DNA from: Mobula hypostoma
Lineage: Eukaryota
NCBI RefSeq assembly: GCF_963921235.1
Contig: NC_086097.1
Location: 213,034,001 to 213,098,000 of the forward strand
DNA length: 64,000 nt
Direction of reading: 5' to 3'
Shown: piece after piece, positions 23,362 through 36,562 of the stretch
Layout of the letters: each line of letters starts with the position of its first letter
Numbering within the stretch: position 1 is the stretch's first letter
Notes under the pieces: model-generated
Database searches by the model: none
The model's input: only the letters and a program-made list of their open reading frames with translations
What the model was told of the DNA's origin: nothing
Program-made: the position numbers and the translations under genes

Positions 23362-24544
23362 GATAAATTTGCGGTGGAGATGCGGTGGAGATGAATTTGC
23401 AGTGGAGATGCGGTGGGGATGAATCTACAGTGGAGATGAATTTGCAGTGGAGATGCGGTGGAGATGAATCTGCAGTGGAGATGCGGTGGAGATGAGTTTG
23501 CAGTGGAGATGCGGTGGAGATGACTTTGCAGTGGAGATGCGGTGGAGATGAATTTGCAGTGGAGATGCGATGGAGATGAATTTGCAGTGGGGATGCGGTG
23601 GAGATGCGGTAGAGATGAGTTTGCAGTAGAGATGAGTTTGCAGTGGAGATGCGGTGGAGATGAATTTGCAGTGGAGATGTGGTGGAGATGAATCTGCAGT
23701 GAATTTGCAGTGGAGATGCGGTGGAGATGAATTTGCAGTGGAGATGCGGTGGAGATGAATTTGCAGTGGAGATGCGGTGGAGATGAATTTGCAGTGGGGA
23801 TGCAGTGGAGACGAATCTGCAGTGGAGATGCGGTGGAGATGAATCTGCAGTGAAGATGCGGTGGAGATGACTTTGCAGTGGAGATGCGGTGGAGATGACT
23901 CTGCAGTGGAGATGCGGTGGAGATGAATCTGCAGTGGAGATGAATTTGCAGTGGAGATGCGGTGGAGATGAATTTGCAGTGGGGATGCAGTGGAGACAAA
24001 TCTGCAGTGGAGATGCGGTGGAGATGAATCTGCAATGGAGATGCGGTGGAGATGACTTTGCAGTGGAGATGCGGTGGAGATGACTTTGCAGTGGAGATGC
24101 GGTGGAGATGAATCTGCAGTGGAGATGCGGTGGAGATGAATCTGCAGTGGAGATGCGGTGGAGATGACTTTGCAGTGGAGATGCGGTGGAGATGACTTTG
24201 CAGTGGAGATGCGGTGGAGATGACTTTGCAGTGGAGATGCGGTGGAGATGAATCTGCAGTGGAGATGCGGTGGAGATGAATTTGCAGTGGAGATGCGGTG
24301 GAGATGAATTTGCAGTGGGGATGCGGTGGAGATGACTTTGCAGTGGAGATGCGGTGGAGATGAATCTGCAGTGGAGATGCGGTGGAGATGAATTTGCAGT
24401 GGAGATGCGGTGGAGATGAATTTGCGGTGGGGATGCGGTGGAGATGACTTTGCAGTGGAGATGCGGTGGAGATGAATTTGCAGTGGGGATGCAGTGGAGA
24501 TGAATCTGCAGTGGAGATGCGGTGGAGATGAATTTTCGGTGGTG
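23362..24544. repeat. 28-bp minisatellite, about 40 units
   Basis: Unit GCAGTGGAGAT GCGGTGGAGAT GAATTT, with GAATCT/GACTTT/GAGTTT variants and occasional shortened units. Confidence 0.97.
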
Positions 24545-25639
24545 TTCATTCCTACCATGTGGTAACAAAGGAAATAACTTCATTGTGCAAGCACAAACAA
24601 CAATGAACTATCTGTCAACAAGTGAGTGTTACCAGTTCTCCCTGTGCAGCAGTGTGCCTTAAAATAATTTTTTTGAAAATCTTAAGGACACTTGAGATGC
24701 TGGGCTGAGAGTTGGGAAGTTTGACAGAGAAATGGTCAGTAAGACACGGCGTGATTCATAGAATCTCAGATCATTTCCTGATGCCTCTACATGCTTTGTA
24801 CTGTCAATATCAGAAACACATATGTCTGAAAATGTAATTATTATTCATCTTTATCAGCTTTGAGCAATTGAAAATCAAATTTTCCATGAGGGAAGAATGA
24901 TAACGATTATATTACCTCCCTTGGAAAATCTAATCAGACATCTCCTGTTGTGATTTTGCCTACAATCTATGTTCTGTATGTTTAATTCCTGTGCATATTG
25001 TAGTTAATGAGCTGAATAAAGATGACGTACCTATTTTCACAGTTTCTCATGTCTCTCTATGATTCGCAATATTACCTTCATTACCTGTAGTTACCTGAGG
25101 TGATTGATGTGTGACTATAGATATACATTGCAGATTGGTGAAGAGTGTAATTATCAGCCTCTCATGAATTGAGAAAGAAGTGGAATTCATGTGAGGAAAG
25201 AAAATTATCTGTGAGCCAAAAATATTGGTGACTACTGTGGCAGTTTGTGGCACCAGCAACTTTGCTTAATCCTGACTGCTTCTGAGTGCGTGCTCCTAAA
25301 TATACTGGAGAAAACGCTACACAGCAAGTGGGAAACACCGGAGCTTGGGGGGGGAGGGGTGAAGGGGGCAAGTACTTTGGCAAAGATTGGTACAAATCTC
25401 TTGGAAAAAAACGGGACAGATACAGTGTGACCAGCAAAGTAAGAAGAATAAGAAAGCCCCTGATAATTTCAGCGGAGGGAGTAGGAGACTGCTCAGTGAA
25501 ATAAACAACCGTTAAGTAGGGAAGTTTCACATGTTTTGAAATGTTGATATCAGTTTTGCAGGCAAGGTTGTCATCAAGAGGATAAAATGGCTGTTCAAAT
25601 TCAAGCTTGTTATGTTTGTAGCCTTAGCATACACTACTA

Positions 25640-28600
25640 CAGTGCTGCTAGAAAGTTTGTGAGCCTTGTCCAGATAGACGCATTGTTTCGACTTGTTCCT
25701 GCCGCACTGAACTAAAATCGGTATACCTTTACCCCGCTTTGTCCCCCTTAGTTCAATCCCTTCCTACCTAGATCTGTGACACCTCTTGATCTTTTCAAGG
25801 ATTTCAAGTTCCCTGGCCCCCATCATTTTATTTTTACGATGGATGTCCAGTCTCTCTACACCTCCATCCCCCACCAGGAAGGCCACAAAGCTCTACGTTT
25901 TTTTCTGGACACCAGACCTAACCTGTTCCCCCCCCCCACTACCACTCTCCTCCGCCTAGCGGAACTTGCCCTCACTCTAAATAAATTCTCCTTTGGCTCC
26001 CCCCACTTGCTTCAAACAAAAGCAGTAGCCATGGGCACCCACGTTATACTTGCCTGTTTGTTAGCTATATGGAACAGTCTATGTTGCAAGCCTACACTGG
26101 TGACCATCCCATACTTTTCCTATGCTACATCAATGACAGCATTGGTGCTGGTTTCTGCACCTGTGCTGAACTCATCGACTTTATCAATGTTGCCTCCAAC
26201 TTCCACCCTGCCCTCTAATTCACCTGTCCATTTCCCTTCCCTTTCTTGATCTCACAATCTCTATTTCCGGAGACAGCTTATCCACTGATGTCTATTACAA
26301 ACCCATGGACTCTCATAGCTACCTGCACTACACCTTGTCTCACCCTGTTACTTGTAAAAGTGCCATCTCCTTCTCTCAATTCCTCAGTCTTCGCTGCATC
26401 TGCTCTCAGGATGAGGCTTTTCATTTTAGAACAAAGGAGATGTCCTCCTTTTTCAAAGAAAGGAGCTTCCCTTCCTCTACCATCAACGCTGCTCTCAACT
26501 GCAACTCTTCCATTTCATGGACGTCTGCTCTAATCCCCATCCTCCCACCACCCTAGTAAGGATAGGGTTCCTTTTGTCCTCACCTACCACCCCGCCAGCC
26601 TCTGCATCTAGCACGTAATTCTCTAAAACTTCTGCCACCTCCAACGGGATCCCACCACTGAGCATATCTTTCCCTCCCCCCCACTTTCTGCTTTCCGCAA
26701 GGATCGCTCCCTACACAAGTCCCTCACCCACTCATCCCTCCCCACTGATCTCCCTCCTGGGACTTATCCTTACAAATGGAACAAATGCTACACCTGCCCC
26801 TACACCTCCTCCCTCACTACCATTCAGGGCTCTAAATAGTCCTTCCAGGTGAGGCGACACTTCTCCTGTGAGTTTGTTGGGGTCATTTACTGTGTTCAGT
26901 GCTTCCGGTGTGGCCTCCTGTATATCGGTGAGACCCGACGTAGATTGGGAGACTGTTTCACTGAACATCTATGTTTTGTCCACCAGAACAAGTGGGATCT
27001 CCCAGGGTCTACTCATTTTAATTCCACTTCCCATTCCCATTTCGATATGCCCATCCATGGCCTCCTCCACTGTTGTGATGAGGCCACACTTAATTTGGAG
27101 GAAAAACACCTTATATTCTCAACTTCAGGTAATGCCCCCCACTCTCCTTCACCATTTCCCATCCTCATTTTATCTGCTTGCCCATTCATCGCCTCTCTCT
27201 GGTGCTCCTCCCCACTTTGCTTTCTTCATGACCTTCTGTCTCTTTCACAAATGAACTTCCCAGCTCTTTACTTCATCCCTCCCCCCACCCCGCTTTCACC
27301 TATCACCTGGATTTTCTCTCTCCCCTCACCCACCTTTTAAATCTACTCCTCAGCTTTTTTCTCCAGTCAGGCCAAAGGGTTTCAGCTCAAAACATCGACT
27401 GTACTCTTTTCCTAGACACTGCCTGGTGAGTTCCTCCAGCATTTTGTGTGTGTTGCTCGGATTTCTGGCATCTGCAGGTTTTCTCTTGTTCTTGTTCTTG
27501 TTCCTTGGTTCTCTATTTCTCCATAAATATTATCTAAACTGTGATCAGATCTTTACATAAGTCCTAAAACTAGATAAAGAGAACCCAATTAAATAAATAA
27601 CGCAAAATAACATTATATTTATTCATTTACTTATTAAGAAAAATGATCCAATATTGCATGTATTTGTTGGAAAAAGTATGTGAACCTCTGGGGTAATGCC
27701 TTCTACAAAAGCTATTTGGAGTCAGGTATTCCAATCAATGAGATGAGATTGGAGGTGTGGGTTGTACAGGTGCCCTGCCCTATAAAAAAGACACACAAAG
27801 TCATGTTACTGACAGAGTCTGCTCTTCTTAAGAAAGAACTATGTGCACTATGACTCGATCAAAACTACTTTCAAAGGACCTTAGAAGAATTGCAGAGATG
27901 CATGAAGCTGGAAAAGACTACAAGTGCATCTCTAAAGACCTGAGTGTTCATCAGTCTGCAGTAAGAGACATTGTCTACAAATGGAGGAAATCAGTACTGT
28001 TGCTATTCTCCCTAGGAGTGGGCATCCTGCAAAAATCACACCGAGAGCACATTGTGCAATGCTAAAGGAGGTGAGAAAGAACCCAAGGGTAACAGCAAAG
28101 GACCTGCAGAAATCTCAAGAACTTGCTAAAGTCTCTGTTCATGTGTTCACTATAAGAAAAACACTGAACAAGAACGGTGTTCATGGAAGGACACCACAAA
28201 GGAAACCACTGCTCTCCAAAAACAAAACATTGCTACACGTCTCAAATTTGCAAAAGACCACCTGGACGTTCACAACACTTCTGGGACAATGTTCTGTGGA
28301 CAGATGAGACAAAAGTTGAACGTTTTGGCAGAAATGCATATTGTTAAGTCTGGAAGAAAAAGGGCACTGCACACCAACAACAAAACCTCATCCCAACTGT
28401 GAAGCACGGTGGAAGGAGCATCATGGTTTGGGGCTGCTTTGCTGCCTTAGGGCCTGGACAGCTTGCAGTCATTGAGGGAACAAGGAATTCAAAATTGAAT
28501 CAAGACATTTTACAGGAGAATGTCAGGATAGCAGTCCATCACCTGAAACTTAATAGAAGTTGGATAATGCAACAGGACAATGATCCGAAAGACAAGAGTA

Positions 28601-29079
28601 AATCAACAAGAGAATAGTTTAAAAAAAAGAAAATTTGTGTTTTGGAATGGCCGAGTCAAAGCCCTGACCTTAATCCTCTAGCAATGAAGGACCTGAAGCA
28701 AGCAGTTCATGCAAAGGAAGCCAACCTACATCCCAGAGTTGAAGCAGCTTTGTAAGGAGGAATGGCTAAAATACCCCAAGCCAATGTGCAAAACTGATCT
28801 ACAGTTACCGGAACCATTTGCTATTTGTGGCGGGTGGGGGGGGGGAGGTCACACCAATGACTGAAAGCAAAGGTTCTTATACTTTTTCCAACAAATACAT
28901 GTAATATTGGATCATCTTTCTCAATAAATAAATGAACAAGTATAATATTTTTATGTTATTTATTTAATTGGATTCTCTTTAATTGGTTTTAGAACATGAA
29001 AATCTGAACACATTTAATGTCATATTTATGCAGAAATAGAGAAAATTCTACAGGGTTCACAAACTTTCTAGCACCGTTG
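25640..29079 (+). mobile_element. Tc1-family IR/DR DNA transposon, defective, left TIR split by a PLE
   Basis: TA on both sides; ends CAGTGCTGCTAGAAAGTTTGTGA and its inverted match; ~210-bp TIRs (25640-25669 plus ~27509-27690; ~28870-29079); fragmented transposase with WTDETK, KHGGRSIMVWGCF, QQDNDPK, SPDLNP. Confidence 0.92.
25670..27508 (+). mobile_element. Penelope-like element, 5'-truncated and frameshifted (RT plus GIY-YIG)
   Basis: TMDVQSLYTSIP, AMGT, SQFLSLRCICS, YIGETRRRLGDCFTEH; 3' repeat with a decayed hammerhead motif at ~27364-27401. Confidence 0.9.
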
Positions 29080-29110
29080 TAAGTACACGAACCATTTATT
29101 TTCTATATTT

Positions 29111-30574
29111 TACAGTACTGTATTTGTCAACATGAAGCGGAGAGTGAGTTTGTAAATCTGGAGGGAGCAAAGGATGTTTGGAATGGAGGGGGTGGAGCGC
29201 TGTGAGAGGGGTGTTGTACAGGTGGCAGAGAAAAAGTGCCAGGGCAGGGCATGGTGGGGGGCCAGACCCACCCAGCCCTGACACAACAGGCATGATTATT
29301 TGATTCTAAACAATTGGTTTATTGATAATTACAGAATGTCTCTCTGGTGCTCCTCATTTCCTCCCTTCTCACTTCCCTTTTCACAACCATGATTCCCCTC
29401 TCCCTGTCCCCTTCCTGCTCTCAGTCCACAATAGAGACCCATAGCAAGAATCAGATTATCATCACTCACATGCCATGAAATTTGTACTTTCTTCGTGGCA
29501 GCACTACGTACAGTGCATAAAATTACTGAGAACATTGGAATAATAGGAAAGTTTTTGACAAGTACAGGCTATTCAGCCCAACAAAGCTTGCCAAATTCCT
29601 ATTTAAATAGTGTGTTGAAATAACTAACGAGGTTAGATATGAAAGTCTTTAAGATACTACTCTCAGCTACACAACTAAGTAGTTCTTTCCATGTGTCCAC
29701 AGCTCACCGTGTTAAGAAATGTTTCCTGATGTTAGTCTGAAATCTGCCTTTAACCTACCTCCACCTATTGTCCTGTGTCCTTAATGATGGATTAATTTTG
29801 ACGTAGCAGTTGGCATCCACCTTACTTATACCCTTAATGATTTTGAACACTTCTATCATGTCTCCTCTATTTCTACTTCTACTTAGGCTAAAAAGATTTA
29901 ATTGATAGAAACATAGAAACATAGAAAACCTACAGCACAATACAGGCTCTTTGGCCCACAAAGCTGTGCCGAATATGTCTTTACCTGAGAAATTACCTAG
30001 GTTTACCCATAGCCCTCTATTTTTCTAAGCTCCATATACCTATCCAAGAGTCTCTTAAAAGACCCTATCATTTCCACCTCCACTCTCTGTGTAAAAAATC
30101 TTACTCCTGACATCTCCTCTGTACCTACCTCCAAGCACCTTAAAATTATGCCTTCTCGAGCTAGCCATATTCTTTCAATCTTTCTTCATAGCTCATACCC
30201 CGCAGACCTGGAATGAGTCTAGTCACCCTTCTCTGAACTCTCTCCAGTGCCTTCACATCACTCACAAAATCTGGAGACCAAAATTATACACAGCACTCCA
30301 AGTATGGCCTCGCAAGCACATTATACAGCTTAAAGAATGTCTGTAGACTTGAACTCCACTGACAGCATGATATAGCCCTACATCCTATTTGCCTTCCCTA
30401 ATTGCTCTGTGTATTGTCTAGATGTTGATAGTGATGAATCTACCAGAACACCCAAAGCCTTCTCACACAGTGCACTTTCTACTAACTCAAGCCCCCCCCC
30501 CCCCCATTGTACTGTGTGGAGTACTGTGCAAAAGTCTTAGGCACCCTAGCTATGTATCTGTGCGCAATACTGTA
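29111..30574. mobile_element. Unclassified repeat with Tc1-like CAGTACTG ends, interrupted by CR1 pieces
   Basis: Palindrome TACAGTACTGTA at 29111-29122; GTACTGTGCAAAAGTCTTAGGCAC...ATACTGTA at ~30521-30574. Confidence 0.35.
29530..30490 (-). mobile_element. CR1 3' fragment with a second CR1 tail nested at ~29904-30168
   Basis: RGDMIEVFKIIKG; nested (TTTCTATG)n tail. Confidence 0.7.
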
Positions 30575-30581
30575 GTTCCCA

Positions 30582-30903
30582 CTGTAGAGCCAGCGCCTCT
30601 TCCCCAGGGCACCACTGCTCAATACAAGAGGACATGGCTTTAAGGTAAGGGGTGGGAAGTTCAAGGGAGATATTAGAGGAAGGTTTTTTACTCAGAGGGT
30701 GGTTGGTGCATGGAATGCACTGCCTGAGTCAGTGGTGGAGGCAGATACACTAGTGAAGTTTAAGAGACTACTAGACGGGTATATGGAGGAATTTAAGGTG
30801 GGGGCTTATATGGGAGGTAGGATTTGAGGGTCGGCACAACATTGTGGGCCGAAGGGCCTGTACTGTGCTGTACTATTCTATATTCTATGTTCTATGTTCT
30901 ATG
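30582..30903 (+). mobile_element. CR1 3' end (copy at 35553-35874)
   Basis: Same family as 2041-2740; (TTCTATG)n tail. Confidence 0.85.
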
Positions 30904-31591
30904 GAAATGTCTTCAGCGTAAGTAACACACTGGAAATTGATGGTACAGTGAGAATGTGCCTGCACAGAACATCGCCAGATGTGGGGATAAGAAAGCTATC
31001 TTCTTAATTGAAACAGGTTTAGAAACTGCACTTCAGCTCAGAACTTCAGAAGTTAAGAAGAAAGCCGAAGTGTTTCTTTTCACACAAAAACTACAGAATA
31101 ATTTCATTCCTCATTGACTTATTCATTCAAAAGCTATAGAGGGCTTTTAACTTCTTTGGACTGTGCACAGTATGACAAGTTTGTTTGTAGTTTTAATCTT
31201 TGAGGACTGCAATCCAAATTATTAAAGACAGAATATAACATTTCATCTTACATGCAATATTGCCATATCTAATGAATTTTGTAAAATATTGCATTCAATG
31301 AAAGGTGAAAGCTTGTCAACGGTTTACAGTATAAGAACGCCAATGGAAACCGAAAAACTTGAAGATATCTTGAAGCACAAGGGTGAATCAAGCAAATTGC
31401 TACCATTGAAGCACACACACATAATGCTGGTGGAACTCAGCAAGTCAGGCAGCATTTATGGAGATGAATAAACAGTCAATATTTTGGGCCAAGACCGTTC
31501 ATCTGACTCCTTATGGTGCTTATGTCCATCTCATAAGATTTATTCACAAAGTTGTTGATTATTTGATATTTTCATGAGCTTCAACTTTCCC

Positions 31592-34431
31592 AGGCAAATT
31601 TGTAGCCATTGGGATGAGTTTCAGTGCAATAAAGTTGCAGTGAAATCAAAGCGAAAAGTACCAAGTACTGGTCTTAAGGTGTTATAATTAAATGCACGCA
31701 GCATAAGGAATAAGGTGGATGATCTTGTTGTACAGCTACAGATTGGCAGGTATGATATTGTGGCCATCACTGAGACGTGGCTAAAGGATGCATGTCTCTG
31801 GGAGCTGAACGTCCAAGGATACACGGTGTATCGGAAGGATAGGAAGGTAGGCAGAGGGGGAGGCGTGGCTTTATTGGTAAGAAATGATATTAAATCATTA
31901 GAAAGAGGTGAAATAGGATCAGAAGGTGCACAATCTTTATGGGTTGAGCTAAGAAATCGCAGGGGTAAAAGGACCCTGATGGCAGTTATTTATAGGCCTC
32001 CAAACAGCTGCAGAGAGAATTTATAGAATGTCTGCGAGATGGCTTTTTAGAACAGCTTGTTGTTGAGCCCACTAGGGGATCGGCTGTACTGGATTGGGTA
32101 TTGTGTAATGAACCGGAGGTGATTAGAGAGATTGAGGTGAAGGAACCCTTAGGAGGCAGTGATCATAACATGATTGAGTTCACTGTGAAATTTGAAAAAG
32201 AGAAGCTGAAATCTGATATGTCGGTATTCCAGTGGAGTAAAGGAAATTACAGTGGCATGAGAGAGGAACTGGCCTAAGTTGACTGGAAAGGGACACTGGC
32301 AGGAAAGAGGGCAGAGCAGCAGTGGCTGGAGTTTATGCGAGAAGTGAGGAAGGTGCAAGACAGGTATATTCCAAAAAAGAAGAAATTTTCGAATGGAAAA
32401 AGGATGCAACAGTGGTTGACAAGAGAAGTCAAAGCCAAAGTTAAAGCAAAGGAGTGGGCATACAACGAAGCAAAAATTAGTGGGAAGACAGAGGATTGGG
32501 AAGTTTTTAAAAGCTTACAAAAGGAAACTAAGACGGTCATTAAGAGGGAAAAGATTAACTATGAAAGGAAGCTAGCAAATAATATCAAAGAGAATACTAA
32601 AAGCTTTTTCAAGTATATAAAGAGTAAAAGACAGGTGAGAGTAGATATAGGACTGATAGAAAATGATGCTGGAGAAATTGTAATGGGAGATAAGGAGATG
32701 GCAGAGGAACTGAACGAGTATATTGCATCAGTCTTCACTGAGGAAGACATCAGCAATATACCGGACACTCAAGGGTGGCAGGGAAGAGAAGTGTGCGCAG
32801 TCACAATTACGACAGAGAAAGTACTCAGGAAGCTGAATAGTCTAAAGGTAGATGAATCTCCCGGACCAGATGGAATGCACCCGCGTGTTCTGAAGGAAGT
32901 AGCTGTGGAGATTGTGGAGGCATTAGCGATGATCTTTCAAAAGTCGATAGATTCTGGCATGGTTCCAGAGGACTGGAAGATTGCAAATGTCACTCCACTA
33001 TTTAAGAAAGGGGCAAGGAAGCAGAAAGGAAATTATAGACCTGTTAGCTTGACATCGGTGGTTGGGAAGTTGTTGGAGTCGATTGTCAAGGATGAGGTTA
33101 CAGAGTACCTGGAGGCATATGACAAGATAGGCAGAACTCAGCATGGATTCCTTAAAGGAAAATCCTGCCTGACAAACCTATTACAATTTTTTTAAGGAAA
33201 TTACCAGTAGGCTAGACAAGGGAGATGCAGTGGATGTTGTATATTTGGATTTTCAGAAGGCCTTTGACAAGGTGCCTCACATGAGGCTACTTAACAAGAT
33301 AAGAGCCCATGGAATTATGGGAAAGTTACATACGTGGCTAGAGCATTGGTTGATTGGCAGGAAACAAAGAGTGGGAATAAAGGGATCCTATTCTGGTTGG
33401 CTTCCAGTTACCAGTGGTGTTCCACAGGGGTCCGTGTTGGGGCCGCTTCTTTTTACATTGTACATCAACGATTTGGATTATGGCTTTGTGGCTAAGTTTG
33501 CTGATGATACGAAGATAGGTGGAGGGGCCAGTAGTGCTGAGGAAACGGAGAGTCTGCAGAGAGACTTGGATAGATTGGAAGACTGGGCAAAGAAGTGGCA
33601 AATGAAGTACAATATTGGAAAGTGTATGGTTATGCACTTTGGCAGAAGTAATAAACGGGCAGACTAAGTGGGGAAAGTGGGGAAAGAATTCAAAATTCTG
33701 ATTTGCAACGGGACTTGGGAGTCCTCGTACAGGATACCCTTAAGGTTAACCTCCAGGTTGAGTCGGTAGTGAAGAAGATGATTGCAATGTTGGCATTCAT
33801 TTCTAGAGGAATAGAGTATAGGAGCAGGGATGTGATGTTGAGGCTCTATAAGGCGCTGGTGAGACCTCACTTGGAGTACTGTGGGCAGTTTTGGTCTCCT
33901 TATTTAAGAAAGGATGTGCTGACATTGAAGAGGGTACAGAGAAGATTCACTAGAATGATTCTGGGAATGAGAGGATTAACATATGAGGAACGTTTGTCTG
34001 CTCTTGGACTGTATTCCTTGGAGTTTAGAAGAATGAGGGGAGACCTTATAGAAACATTTAGAATGTTGAAAGGCATGGACAGAGTGGATGTGGCAAAGTT
34101 GTTTCCCATGATGAGGGAGTCTAGTACCTGAGGGCATGACTTAAGGATTAAAGGGCGCCCATTCAGAACAGAGATGCAAAGAAATTTTTTTAGTCAGAGG
34201 GTGGTGAATCTATGGAATTTGTTGCCACGGGCGGCAGTGGAGGCCAAGTCATTGGGTGTATTTAAGGCAGAGATTGATAGGTATCTGAGTGGCCAGGGCA
34301 TCAAGGGTTATGGTGAGAAGGTGGGGGAGTGGGACTAGATGGGAGAATGGATCAGCTCATGATCAAATGGCGGAGCAGACTCAATGGGCCGAATGGATGA
34401 CTTCTGCTCCTTTGTCTTATGGTCTTATGGT
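31592..34431 (+). mobile_element. CR1 LINE ORF2, 5'-truncated, lightly disabled
   Basis: VAITETWL, NYRPVSLTS, GVPQGSVLGP, FADDTK, LVRPHLEYC; (TCTTATGG)n tail. Confidence 0.95.
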
Positions 34432-34763
34432 TAGACACAACTAAAAATGGATTCAATGAACTGGAGCTATCTGGTTGTTAACATACACAAGAGGTTGTAT
34501 GCTTACGCAAGTTAGCATATGGGTTAAAATAGCCCTAAGTAATGTACAAAATGCTACAAGGCATCCAAATTGTATCAACAGCCAAAGTTAAATCGTTATT
34601 GTCTCAGAAATCAAATAAAAGCACTTGAAGATGTTGAAGGGGATATTGGCAAGTTACAAAAACACAATGTATATTTGTAAAAGATCAGATAGGAATTATG
34701 GCGCCTAAAGTTGTCTACGTGGGATTCCAATTCAGTAAACCTGTCAACATACTGGTCTGGAAA

Positions 34764-34963
34764 NNNNNNNNNNNNNNNNNNNNNNNNNNNNNNNNNNNNN
34801 NNNNNNNNNNNNNNNNNNNNNNNNNNNNNNNNNNNNNNNNNNNNNNNNNNNNNNNNNNNNNNNNNNNNNNNNNNNNNNNNNNNNNNNNNNNNNNNNNNNN
34901 NNNNNNNNNNNNNNNNNNNNNNNNNNNNNNNNNNNNNNNNNNNNNNNNNNNNNNNNNNNNNNN
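34764..34963. other. Assembly gap (200 N)
   Basis: Run of N. Confidence 1.
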
Positions 34964-36562
34964 TACCTAGGTTTACCCATAGCCCTCTATTTTTCTAAGC
35001 TCCATATACCTATCCAAGAGTCTCTTAAAAGACCCTATCATTTCCACCTCCACTCTCTGTGTAAAAAATCTTACTCCTGACATCTCCTCTGTACCTACCT
35101 CCAAGCACCTTAAAATTATGCCTTCTCGAGCTAGCCATATTCTTTCAATCTTTCTTCATAGCTCATACCCCGCAGACCTGGAATGAGTCTAGTCACCCTT
35201 CTCTGAACTCTCTCCAGTGCCTTCACATCACTCACAAAATCTGGAGACCAAAATTATACACAGCACTCCAAGTATGGCCTCGCAAGCACATTATACAGCT
35301 TAAAGAATGTCTGTAGACTTGAACTCCACTGACAGCATGATATAGCCCTACATCCTATTTGCCTTCCCTAATTGCTCTGTGTATTGTCTAGATGTTGATA
35401 GTGATGAATCTACCAGAACACCCAAAGCCTTCTCACACAGTGCACTTTCTACTAACTCAAGCCCCCCCCCCCCCCCATTGTACTGTGTGGAGTACTGTGC
35501 AAAAGTCTTAGGCACCCTAGCTATGTATCTGTGCGCAATACTGTAGTTCCCACTGTAGAGCCAGCGCCTCTTCCCCAGGGCACCACTGCTCAATACAAGA
35601 GGACATGGCTTTAAGGTAAGGGGTGGGAAGTTCAAGGGAGATATTAGAGGAAGGTTTTTTACTCAGAGGGTGGTTGGTGCATGGAATGCACTGCCTGAGT
35701 CAGTGGTGGAGGCAGATACACTAGTGAAGTTTAAGAGACTACTAGACGGGTATATGGAGGAATTTAAGGTGGGGGCTTATATGGGAGGTAGGATTTGAGG
35801 GTCGGCACAACATTGTGGGCCGAAGGGCCTGTACTGTGCTGTACTATTCTATATTCTATGTTCTATGTTCTATGGAAATGTCTTCAGCGTAAGTAACACA
35901 CTGGAAATTGATGGTACAGTGAGAATGTGCCTGCACAGAACATCGCCAGATGTGGGGATAAGAAAGCTATCTTCTTAATTGAAACAGGTTTAGAAACTGC
36001 ACTTCAGCTCAGAACTTCAGAAGTTAAGAAGAAAGCCGAAGTGTTTCTTTTCACACAAAAACTACAGAATAATTTCATTCCTCATTGACTTATTCATTCA
36101 AAAGCTATAGAGGGCTTTTAACTTCTTTGGACTGTGCACAGTATGACAAGTTTGTTTGTAGTTTTAATCTTTGAGGACTGCAATCCAAATTATTAAAGAC
36201 AGAATATAACATTTCATCTTACATGCAATATTGCCATATCTAATGAATTTTGTAAAATATTGCATTCAATGAAAGGTGAAAGCTTGTCAACGGTTTACAG
36301 TATAAGAACGCCAATGGAAACCGAAAAACTTGAAGATATCTTGAAGCACAAGGGTGAATCAAGCAAATTGCTACCATTGAAGCACACACACATAATGCTG
36401 GTGGAACTCAGCAAGTCAGGCAGCATTTATGGAGATGAATAAACAGTCAATATTTTGGGCCAAGACCGTTCATCTGACTCCTTATGGTGCTTATGTCCAT
36501 CTCATAAGATTTATTCACAAAGTTGTTGATTATTTGATATTTTCATGAGCTTCAACTTTCCC

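Noticed and set aside
23312..24583. Long His/Ser/Pro-rich ORFs or a CRISPR-like array
   Set aside because: Products of a 28-bp tandem repeat with no unique spacers, in a eukaryotic context without cas genes.
34698..34998. ORFs spanning X residues
   Set aside because: Artefacts of the N gap.
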